Notes under the pieces: model-generated | The model's database searches: none | Told to the model about the DNA's origin: nothing | What the model saw: only the letters and a program-made list of their open reading frames with translations | Translations under genes and position numbers: made by a program | Assembly: GCA_964016885.1 (NCBI GenBank) | Contig: OZ024740.1 | Span: 436,232,001-436,296,000 of the forward strand | DNA: 64,000 nt | Direction: 5' to 3' | Origin: Eledone cirrhosa | Taxonomy: Eukaryota | Shown: piece by piece, positions 23,201 through 36,300 of the stretch | How positions within the stretch are numbered: the stretch's first letter is position 1 | How the letters are laid out: the number at the start of each line of letters is the position of its first letter

Positions 23201-26200
23201 TATTTAGAGTGAGACTAGACCTAACTATGGAATATCAGGTAATTTATAGTGAGACTAGACCTAACAATGTAATATGAGGTAATTTATAGTGAGATAGGAC
23301 CTAACTATGTAATATGAAGTAATTTATAGTTAGACTAGACCTAACTATGTAATATGAGGTAGTTTAGAGTGAGACAGGACCTAACTATGTAATATGAGGT
23401 AATTCATAGTGAGACAGGAGCCAACTATGGAATATGAGGTAGTTTAGAGTGAGACAGGACCTAACTATGTAATATGAGGTAATTCATAGTGAGACAGGAG
23501 CCAACTATGTAATATGAGGTAATTTATAGTAATACAGGACCTAACTATGGAATATGAGGTAATTTATAGTAAGACAGGACCTAACTATGGAATATGAGGT
23601 AATTACTAGTGAGACAGGACCTATCTATGTAATATGAGGTAATTTATAGTGAGACAGGAGCCAACTATGGAATATGAGGTAATTTATTGTGGGACTAGAC
23701 CTAACTATGGAAATGGAGGTAATTTATAGTTAGACTAGAGCTAACTATGTAATATGAGGTAATTTATAGTGAGACTAGACCTAACTATGTAATATGAGGT
23801 AATTTATAGTAAGACTAGACCTAACTATGGAATATGAGGTAATTTATAGTAAGACTAGACCTAACTATGGAATATGAGGTAATTTATTGTGGAACAGGAC
23901 CTAACTATGGAATATGAGGTAATTTATAGTGAGACAGGACCTAACTATGTAATATGAGGTAATTTATAGTGAGGCAGGACCTAACTATGTAATATGAGGT
24001 AATTTATTGTGGGACAGGGCCTAACTATGGAAATAGAGGTAATTTATAGTGGGACTAGACCTAACACTGTAATATGAGGTAATTTATAGCGAGACAAGAC
24101 CTAACTATGGAATATGAGGTAATTTATAGTGAGACAGGAGCCAACTATGTAATATGAGGTAATTTATAGTGAGACAGGACCTAACTATGGAATATGAGGT
24201 AATTTATAGTGAGACTAAACCTAACTATGTAATATGAGGTAATTTATAGTGAGATAGGACCTAACTATGTAACATGAAGTACTTTATAGTGAGACTAGAC
24301 CTAACTATGTAATATGAGGTAGTTTAGAGTGAGACAGGACCTAACTATGTAATATGAGGTAATTCATAGTGAGACAGGAGCCAACTATGGAATATGAGGT
24401 AATTTATAGTGAGACAGGACCTAACTATGAAATATGAGGTAATCTATAGTGAGACTAGACCTAACTATGTAATATGAGGTAATTTATAGCGAGACAGGAC
24501 CTAACTATGTAATATGAGGTAATTTATAGTGAGACAGGACCTAACTATGTAATATGAGGTAATGTATAGTGAGAGTAAACCTAACTATGTTATATGAGGT
24601 AATTTATAGTGAGAGAGTTCCTAACTATGGAATATGAGGTAATTTATAGTGACACTAGACCTAACTATGGAATATGAGGTAATCTATAGCGAGACAGGAG
24701 CCAATTATGTAATATGAGGTAATTTATAGTAATACAGGACCTAACTATGGAATATGAGGTAATTTATAGTGAGACAGGACCTAACTATGGAATATGAGGT
24801 AATGTCTAGTGAGACAGGACCTATCTATGGAATATGAGGTAATTTATAGTGAGACTAGACCTAAGTATGGAATATGAGGTAATTTATAGGGATACTAGCC
24901 CCAACTATGTAATATGAGGTAATTTATAGTGAGACAGGAGCCAACTATATAATATGAGGTTATTTATAGTGAGACTAGCCCTAACTATGGAATATGAGGT
25001 AATTTATAGTGAGACTAGACCTAACTATGTAATATGAGGTAATTTATAGTGAGATAGGACCTAACTATGTAATATGAAGTACTTTATAGTGAGACTAGAC
25101 CTAACTATGTAATATGAGGTAGTTTAGAGTGAGACAGGACCTAACTATGTAATATGAGGTAATTCATAGTGAGACAGGAGCCAACTATGGAATATGAGGT
25201 AATTTAAAGTGAGACAGGGCCTAACTATGGAATATGAGGTAATTTAAAGTGAGACAGGGCCTAACTATGGAATATAACGTAATTTATAGTGAGACTTGAC
25301 CTAACTATGTAAAATGAGGTAATTTAGAGTGAGACTAGAACTGACTATGGAATATGAGGTAATTTATAGTGAGACAGGAGCCAACTATGTAATATGAGGT
25401 AATTTATAGTGGGACAGGACCTAACTATGTAATATGATGTAATCTATAGTGAGACTGGACCTAGCTATGTAATATGAGGTAATTTATAGCGAGACAGGAC
25501 CTAACTATGTGATATAAGGTAATTTATAGTGGGACAGGACCTAACTATGTAATATGAGGTAATCTATAGTGAGACTAGACCTAACTATGTAATATGAGGT
25601 AATTTATAGCGAGACAGGACCTAACTATGTAATATGAGGTAATTTATAGTGAGACAGGACCTAACTATGTAATATGAGGTAATGTATAGTGAGACTAAAC
25701 CTAACTATGTTATATGAGGTAATTTAGAGTGAGAGAGTTCCTAACTATGGAATATGAGGTAATTTATAGTGACACTAGACATAACTATGGAATATGAGGT
25801 AATTTATAGCGAGACAGGAGCCAACTATGTAATATGAGGTAATTTATAGTAATACAGGACCTAACTATGGAATATGAGGTAATTTATAGTGAGACAGGAC
25901 CTAACTATGGAATATGAGGTAATTTCTAGTGAGACAGGACCTATCTATGGAATATGAGGTAATTTATAGTGAGACTAGAACTAAATATGGAATATGAGGT
26001 AATTTATAGTGATACTAGCCCCCACTATGTAATATGAGGTAATTTATAGTGTGACAGGAGCCAACTATATAATATGAGGTTATTTAGAGTGAGACTAGAC
26101 CTAACTATGGAATATCAGGTAATTTATAGTGAGACTAGACCTAACAATGTAATATGAGGTAATTTATAGTGAGATAGGACCTAACTATGTAATATGAAGT

Positions 26201-29200
26201 AATTTATAGTTAGACTAGACCTAACTATGTAATATGAGGTAGTTTAGAGTGAGACAGGACCTAACTATGTAATATGAGGTAATTCATAGTGAGACAGGAG
26301 CCAACTATGGAATATGAGGTAGTTTAGAGTGAGACAGGACCTAACTATGTAATATGAGGTAATTCATAGTGAGACAGGAGCCAACTATGTAATATGAGGT
26401 AATTTATAGTAATACAGGACCTAACTATGGAATATGAGGTAATTTATAGTAAGACAGGACCTAACTATGGAATATGAGGTAATTACTAGTGAGACAGGAC
26501 CTATCTATGGAATATGAGGTAATTTATAGTGAGACTAGACCTAAGTATGGAATATGAGGTAATTTATAGGGATACTAGCCCCAACTATGTAATATGAGGT
26601 AATTTATAGTGAGACAGGAGCCAACTATATAATATGAGGTTATTTATAGTGAGACTAGCCCTAACTATGGAATATGAGGTAATTTATAGTGAGACTAGAC
26701 CTAACTATGTAATATGAGGTAATTTATAGTGAGATAGGACCTAACTATGTAATATGAAGTACTTTATAGTGAGACAGGACCTAACTATGTAATATGAGGT
26801 AATTCATAGTGAGACAGGAGCCAACTATGGAATATGAGGTAATTTATAGTGAGACAGGGCCTAACTATGGAATATAACGTAATTTATAGTGAGACTTGAC
26901 CTAACTATGTAAAATGAGGTAATTTAGAGTGAGACTAGAACTGACTATGGAATATGAGGTAATTTATAGTGAGACAGGAGCCAACTATGTAATATGAGGT
27001 AATTCATAGTGAGACAGGACGTAACTATGGAATATGAGGTAATTTATAGTGAGACTAGACCTAACTATGTAATATGAGGTAATTTATAGTGGGACAGGAC
27101 CTAACTATGTAATATGATGTAATCTATAGTGAGACTGGACCTAGCTATGTAATATGAGGTAATTTATAGCGAGACAGGACCTAACTATGTGATATAAGGT
27201 AATTTATAGTGGGACAGGACCTAACTATGTAATATGAGGTAATCTATAGTGAGACTAGACCTAACTATGTAATATGAGGTAATTTATAGCGAGACAGGAC
27301 CTAACTATGTAATATGAGGTAATTTATAGTGAGACAGGACCTAACTATGTAATATGAGGTAATGTATAGTGAGACTAAACCTAACTATGTTATATGAGGT
27401 AATTTATAGTGAGAGAGTTCCTAACTATGGAATATGAGGTAATTTATAGCGACACTAGACCTAACTATGGAATATGAGGTAATTTATAGCGAGACAGGAG
27501 CCAACTATGTAATATGAGGTAATTTATAGTAATACAGGACCTAACTATGGAATATGAGGTAATTTATAGTGAGACAGGACCTAACTATGGAATATGAGGT
27601 AATTTCTAGTGAGACAGGACCTATCTATGGAATATGAGGTAATTTATAGTGAGACTAGAACTAAATATGGAATATGAGGTAATTTATAGTGATACTAGCC
27701 CCCACTATGTAATATGAGGTAATTTATAGTGTGACAGGAGCCAACTATATAATATGAGGTTATTTATAGTGAGACTAGACCTAACTATGGAATATCAGGT
27801 AATTTATAGTGAGACTAGACCTAACTATGTAATATGCGGTAATTTATAGTGAGATAGGACCTAACAATGTAATATGAAGTAATTTATAGTGAGACTAGAC
27901 CTAACTATGTAATATGAGGTAGTTTAGAGTGAGACAGGACCTAACTATGTAATATGAGGTAATTCAGAGTGAGACAGGAGCCAACTATGGAATATGAGGT
28001 AGTTTAGAGTGAGACAGGACCTAACTATGTATTATGAGGTAATTCATAGTGAGACAGGAGCCAACTATGTAATATGAGGTAATTTATAGTAATACAGGAC
28101 GTAACTATGGCATATGAGGTAATTTATAGTGAGACAGGACCTAACTATGGAATATGAGGTAATTTCTAGTGAGACAGGACCTATCTATGGAATATGAGGT
28201 AATTTATAGTGAGACTAGACCTAAGTATGGAATATGAGGTAATTTATAGTGATACTAGCCCCAACTATGTAATATGAGGTAATTTATAGTGAGACAGGAG
28301 CCAACTATATAATATGAGGTTATTTATAGTGAGACTAGACCTAACTATGGAATATGGGGTAATTTATAGTGAGACTAGACCGAACTATGTAATATGAGGT
28401 AATTTAGAGTGAGATAGGACCTAACTATGTAATATGAAATACTTTATAGTGAGACTAGACCTAACTATGTAATATGAGGTAGTTTAGAGTGAGACAAGAC
28501 CTAACTATGTAATATCAGGTAATTCATAGTGAGACAGGAGCCAACTATGGAATATGAGGTAGTTTAGAGTGAGACAGGACCTAACTATGTAATATGAGGT
28601 AATTCATAGTGAGACAGGAGCCAACTATGGAATATGAGGTCATTTATAGTGAGATAGGACCTAACTATGGAATATGAGGTAATTTAAGGTGAGACTTGAC
28701 CTAACTATGTAAAATGAGGTAATTTAGAGTGAGACTAGACATGACTATGGAATATGAGGTCATGTATAGTGAGACTAGACCTAACTATATAATATGAGGT
28801 AATTTATAGTGAGACTAGACCTAACTATGTAATATGAGGTAATTTATAGTGGGACAGGACCTAACTATGTAATATGAGGTAATCTATAGTGAGACTAGAC
28901 CTAACTATGTAATATGAGGTAATTTATAGTGAGACTAGACCTAACTTTGTAATATGAGGTAATTTATAGTGAGACAGGACCTAACTATGTAATATGAGGT
29001 TATTTATAGTGAGACAGGACATAACTATGTATTATGAGGTAATTTATTGTGGGACAGGACCTAACTATGTAATATGAAGTAATTTATAGTGAGACTAGAC
29101 CTAACTATGGCATATGAGGTAATGTTTAGTGAGCGTAGACCTAACCATGGAATATGAGGTAATTTATAGTTAGACTAGACCTAACTATGGAATATGAGGT

Positions 29201-30356
29201 AATTTATAGTGAGACAAAACCTAACTATGTAATATGAGGTAATTTATAGTGAGACAGTTCCTAACTATGGCATATAGGTAATCTATAGAGAGACAGGACC
29301 TAACTATGTAATATGAGGTAATTTAAAGTGAGACAGGACCTAACTATGTAATATGAGGTAATTTATAGTGAGACTAGACCTAACTATGGAATATGAGGTA
29401 ATTTAGAGTGAGACTAGACCTAAATATGTAATATGAGGTAATTTATAGTGAGAGAGTTCTTAACTATGGAATATGAGGTAATTTATAGTGAGACTAGACC
29501 TAACTATGTAATATGAGGTAATTTATAGCAAGACAAGACATAACTATGGAATATGAGGTAATTTATACTGAGACAGGAGCCAACTATGTAATATGAGTTA
29601 ATTTATAGTGAGATAGGACCTAACTATGTAATATGAAGTACTTTATAGTGAGACTAGACCTAACCATTGAATATGAGGTAATTTATAGTGAGACTAGACA
29701 TAACTATGTAATATGAGGTAATCTATAGTGAGACTAGACCTAACTATGTAATATGAGGTAATTTATAGCGAGACAGGACCTAACTAGGTAATATGAGGTA
29801 ATTTATAGTGAGACAGGACCTAACTATGTTATATGAGGTAATTTATAGTGAGAGAATTCCTAACTATGGAATATGAGGTAATTTATAGTGACACTAGACC
29901 TAACTATGGAATATGAGGTAATTTATAGCGAGACAGGAACCAACTATGTAATATGAGGTAATTTATAGTAATACAGGACCTAACTATGGACTATGAGGTA
30001 ATTTCAAGTGAGACAGGACCTAACTATGGAATATGAGGTAATTTCTAGTGAGACAGGACCTAACTATGGTATATGAGGTAATTTATAGTGAGACTAGACC
30101 TAAGTATGGAATATGAGGTAATTTATAGTGATACTAGACCCAACTATGGAATATGAGGTAATTTATAGTGAGACAGAGCCAACTATATAATATGAGGTAA
30201 TTTATAGTGAGACTAGACCTAATTAATTAATATGAGGTAATTTATAGTGAGACAGAAGCCAACTATGGAATATGAGGTAATTTATTGTGGGACAGGAGCC
30301 AACTATGTAATATGAGGTTATTTATAGTGAGACTAGACCTAACTATGGAATATGAC
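8201..30356. repeat. Satellite array A, 40-bp monomer, ~550 copies, single orientation
   Basis: Consensus GAC(TA/AG)GACCTAACTATG(G/T)AATATGAGGTAATTTATAGTGA. I noticed only four register changes: +6 at 10238 and 17924, -1 near 29276 and 30177. Confidence 0.99.
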
Positions 30357-33300
30357 GGTAATGTCTGTAGCATATACATCTGTATGGTACTGTCTGTAGC
30401 ATATACATCTGTAAGGTACTGTCTGTAGTATATACATCTGTATGGTAATGTCTGTAGTATATACATCTGTAAGGTACTGTCTATAGTATATACATCTGTA
30501 TGGTAATGTCTGTAGTATATACATTTGTAAGATAATGTCTGTAATATATACATCTGTAAGGTAATGTTTGTAGTATATACATCTGTATGGTATTGTATGT
30601 TGTATATACGTCGGTATGGTAATGTCTGTAGTATATACATCTGTAAGGTAATGTCAGTAATATATACATCTGTAAGGTTATGTCTGTAGTATATACATCT
30701 GTAAGATAATGTCTGTAGTATATACATCTGTATGGTAATGTCTGTAGTATATATATCTGTAAGATAATGTATGTAGTATATACATCTGTAAGGTAATGTC
30801 TGTAGTATATACATCTGTAAGGTAATGTCTGTAGTATATACATCTGTAAGGTAATGTCTGTAGTATATACATATGTACGGTAATGTCTGTAGTATATACA
30901 TCTGTATGGTAATGTCTGTAGTATATACATCTGTATGGTAAGGTCTGTAGTATATACTTCTGTAAGATAATGTCTGTAGTATATACATCTGTAAGTTAAT
31001 GTCTGTAGTATATACTTCTGTAAGATAATTGTTTCTACTTTAGGCACAAGGCCAGCAATTACCCAGTGCATTACTGGTACTTTATTTTATCGACCCCGTA
31101 AGGATGAAAGGCAAAGTCAACCTCGGCGGGATTTGAACTCAGATCGTAAAGGGACGTAACTATGCTGGAAAGCATGGCGTCCGACCCTCTACCCATACTG
31201 CCAATCCACCGTCTGTAGTATATACATCTGTATGGTAATGTCTGTAGTATATATATATTTATGGTAAGGTCTGTAGTATATACATCTGTAAGATAATGTC
31301 TGTAGTATATACATCTGTGTGGTAATGTCTGTAGTATATACATCTATAAGGTAATGTCTGTAGTATATACATCTGTGTGGTAATGTCTGTAGTATATACA
31401 TCTGTAAGGTAATGTCTGTAGTATATACATCTGTGTGGTAATGTCTGTAGTATATACATCTGTAAGATAATGTCTGTAGTATATACATCTGTAAGGTAAT
31501 GTCTGTAGTATATACATCTGTAAGATAATGTCTATAGTATATACATCTGTATGGTAATGTCTATAGTATATACACCTGTGAGGTAATATCTGTAGTATAT
31601 ACATATGTAAGGTAATGTCTGTAGTATATACATCTGTAAGGAAATGTCTGTAGTATATACATCTGTATGGTAATGTCTGTAGTATATACATCTGTAAGGT
31701 AATGTCTGTAGTATATACTTCTGTAAGGTAATGTCTGTAGTATATACATGTGTAAGGTAATGTCTGTAGTATATGCATCTGTAAGGTAATGTCTGTAGTA
31801 TATACATCTGTCTGATAATGTCTGTAGTATATACATCTGTATGGTAATGTCTGTAGTATATACATCTGTAAGGTAATGTCTGTAGTATATACATCTGTAA
31901 GGAAATGTCTGTAGTATATACATCTGTAAGGTAATGTCTGTAGTATATACATCTGTATGGTAATGTCTGTAGTATATACACCTGTAAGGTAATGTCTGTA
32001 GTATATACATCTGTAAGGTAATGTCTGTAGTATATACATCTGTCTGATAACGTCTGTAATATATAAATCTGTAAGATAATGTCTGTAGTATATACATATG
32101 TATGGTAATGTCTGCAGTATATACATCTGTAAGATGATGTCTGTAGTATTTACATCTGTAAGGTAATGTCTGTATTATATACATCTGTATGGTAATGTCT
32201 GTAGTATATACATCTGTATAGTAATGTCTGAATTATATACATCTGTATGGTAATGTCTGTAGTATATACATCTATAAGATAATGTCTGTAGTATATACAT
32301 CTGTAAGGTAATGTCTGTAGTATATACATCTGTAAGAAAATGTCAGTAGTATATACATCTGTATGGTAATGTCTGTAGTATATACATCTGTATGGTAATG
32401 TCTGTAGTATATACATCTGTAAGATAATGTCTGTAGTATATACATCTGTAAGATAATGTCTGTAGTATATACATCTGTATGGTAATGTCTGTAGTATATA
32501 CATCTGTAAGATAATGTCTGTAGTATATACATCTGTAAGGTAATGTCTCTAGTATATACATCTGTAAGGTAATGTCGGTAATATATACATCTGTAAGGTA
32601 ATGTCTGTAGTATATACATCTGTATGGTAATGTCAGTAGTATATACATCTGTAAGATAATGTCTGTAGTATATACATCTGTAAGGTAACATCTGTAGTAT
32701 ATACATCTGTAAGGTAATGTCTGTAGTATATACATCTGTAAGATAATGTCGGTAATATATACATCTGTAATGTAATGTCTGTAGTATATACATCTGTATG
32801 GTAATGTCTGTAGTAGATACATATGTAAGGTAATGTCTGTTATATATACATCTGGATGATAATGTCTGTAGTATATACATCTGTAAGGTAATGTCTGTAA
32901 TATATACATATGTATGGTAATATCTGTAGTATATACATCTGGATGATAATGTCTGTAGTATATACATCTGTAAGGTAATGTCTGTAGTATATACATCTGT
33001 AAGGTAATGTCTGTAGTATATACATCTGTAAGGTAATCTCTGTAGTATATACATCTGTAAGGTAATGTCTGTAGTATATACATCTGTAAGATAATGTCTG
33101 TAGTATATACATCTGTAACATAATGTCTGTAATATATACATTTAATCTTACATCTGTAAGGTAATATCTGTAGTATATACATCTGTGTGGTAATGTCTGT
33201 AGTATATACATCTGTATGTTAATGTCTGTAGTATATACATCTATATGGTAATGTCTGTAGTATATACATCTGTATTTTAATGTCTCTAGTATATACATAT

Positions 33301-36300
33301 GTATGGTAATGTCTGTAGTATATACATCTGTATTGTAATTTCTGTAGTATATACATCTGTAAGGAAATATCTGTAGTAGATACATCTGTAAGGTAATGTC
33401 TGTTATATATACATCTGGATGATAATGTCTGTAGTATATACATGTGTAAGGTAATGTCTGTAATATATACATCTGTATGGTAATATCTGTAGTATATACA
33501 TGTGTAAGGTAATGTCTGTAGTATATGCATCTGTAAGGTAATGTCTGTAGTATATACATCTGTCTGATAATGTCTGTAGTATATACATCTGTAAGGTAAT
33601 GTCTGTATTATATACATCTGTATGGTAATGTCTGTAGTATATACATCTGTAAGGTAATGTCTGTAGTATATACATCTGTAAGGTAATGTCTGTAGTATAT
33701 ACATCTGTATGGTAATGTCTGTAGTATATACATCTGTAAGGTAATGTCTGTAGTATATACATCTGTAAGGTAATGTCTGTAGTATATACATCTGTAATGT
33801 AATGTCTGTAGTATATACATGTGTAAGGTAATGTCTGTAGTATATACATCTGTAAGATAATGTCTGTAGTATATACATCTGTAAGGTAATGTATGTAGTA
33901 TATACATCTGTAATGTAATGTCTGTCGTATATACATCTGTAAGGTAATGTCTGTAGTATATACATCTGTAAGGTAATGTCTGTAGTATATACATCTGTAA
34001 GGTAATGTCTGTAGTATATACATCTGTAATGTAATGTCTGTCGTATATACATCTGTAAGGTAATGTCTGTAGTATATACATCTGTAAGGTAATGTCTGTA
34101 GTATATACATCTGTAATGTAATGTCTGTCGTATATACATCTGTCAGGTAATGTCTGTAGTATATACATCTGTAATGTAATGTCTGTCGTATATACATCTG
34201 TAAGGTAATGTCTGTAGTATATACATGTGTAAGGTAATATCTGTCGTATATACATCTGTAAGGTAATGTCTGTAGTATATACATCTGTCTGATAATGTCT
34301 GTAGTATATACATCTGTAAGGTAATGTCTGTATTATATACATCTGTATGGTAATGTCTGTAGTATATACATCTGTAAGGTAATGTCTGTAGTATATACAT
34401 CTGTAAGGTAATGTCTGTAGTATATACATCTGTATGGTAATGTCTGTAGTATATACATCTGTAAGGTAATGTCTGTTATATATACATCCGTAAGTTAATG
34501 TCTGTAGTATATACATCTGTAAGTTAACGTCTGTAATATGTACATCTGTAAGGTAATGTCTGTAGTATATACATCTGTAAGGTAATGTCTGTAGTATATA
34601 CATCTGTATGGTAATGTCTGTAGTATATACATCTGTAAGTTAATGTCTGTAGTATATACATCTGTATGGTAATGTCTCTAATATATACATCTGTATGGTA
34701 ATGTCTGCAGTATATACATCTGTAAGATAATGTCTGTAGTATATGCATCTGTAAGGTAATGTCTGTAGTATATACATCTGTAAGGTAATGTCTGTAGTAT
34801 ATACATCTGACTGATAATGTCTGTAGTATATACATCTGTAAGGTAATGTCTGTAATATATACATCTGTATGGTAATGTCTGTAGTATATACATCTGTAAG
34901 TTAACGTCTGTAGTATATACATCTGTAAGGTAATGTCTGTAGTATATACATATGTATGGTAATGTCTGTAGTATATACATCTGTAAGGTAATGTCTGTAT
35001 TATATACATCTGTATGGTAATGTCTGTAGTATATACATCTGTAAGGTAATGTCTGTAGTATATATATCGGTAAGGTAATGTCTGTAGTATATATATCGGT
35101 AAGGTAATGTCTGTAGTATATACATCTGTATGGTAATGTCTGTAGTATATACATCTGTAAGGTAATATCTGTAGTATATACATCTTTAAGGTAATGTCTG
35201 TAGTATATACATCTGTAAGATAATGTCGGTAATATATACATCTGTAATGTAATGTCTGTAATATATACATCTCTAAGATAATGTCTGTAGTATATACATC
35301 TGTAACATAATGTCTGTAATATATACATCTGTAAGGTAATATCTGTAGTATATACATATGTATGGTAATGTCTGTAGTATATACATCTGTATGGTAATTT
35401 CTGTAGTATATCCATCTGTAAGGAAATGTCTGTAGTAGATACATCTGTAAGGTAATGTCTGTTATATATACATCTGGATGATAATGTCTGTAGTATATAC
35501 ATCTGTAAGGTAATGTCTGTAATATATACATCTGTATGGTAATATCTGTAGTATATACATCTGGATGATAATGTCTGTAGTATATACATCTGTAAGGTAA
35601 TGTCTGTAGTATATACATCTGTAAGGTAATGTCTGTAGTATATACATCTGTAAGGTAATCTCTGTAGTATATACATCTGTAAGGTAATGTCTGTAGTATA
35701 TACATCTGTAAGGAAATGTCTGTAGTATATACATCTGTATGGTAATGTCTGTAGTATATACATCTGTAAGGTAATGTCTGTAGTATATACTTCTGTAAGG
35801 TAATGTCTGTAGTATATACATGTGTAAGGTAATGTCTCTAGTATATGCATCTGTAAGGTAATGTCTGTAGTATATACATCTGTCTGATAATGTCTGTAGT
35901 ATATACATCTGTAAGGTAATGTCTGTATTATATACATCTGTATGGTAATGTCTGTAGTATATACATCTGTAAGGTAATGTCTGTAGTATATACATCTGTA
36001 AGGTAATGTCTGTAGTATATACATCTGTATGGTAATGTCTGTAGTATATACATCTGTAAGGTAATGTCTGTAGTATATACATCTGTAAGGTAATGTCTGT
36101 AGTATATACATCTGTAAGGTAATGTCTGTAGTATATACATCTGTAATGTAATGTCTGTAGTATATACATGTGTAAGGTAATGTCTGTAGTATATACATCT
36201 GTAAGGTAATGTCTGTAGTATATACATCTGTAAGGTAATGTCTGTAGTATATACATCTGTAAGGTAATGTCTGTAGTATATACATCTGTAAGGTAATGTC

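Noticed and set aside
8201-30356. 40-bp monomer as a hammerhead ribozyme satellite (ATGAG...GAGACTAGAC resembles CTGATGAG...GAAACTAGTC)
   Set aside because: The essential core bases CUG, GAAA and the NUH site all mismatch, and no stable stem II forms.
8201-30356. Telomeric repeat origin (CCTAA in the monomer)
   Set aside because: One pentamer per 40 bp with no tandem TTAGG/TTAGGG runs is insufficient.
31120-31212. tRNA gene
   Set aside because: A and B boxes are present, but there is no acceptor stem or cloverleaf and SINE body follows; it is the SINE head.
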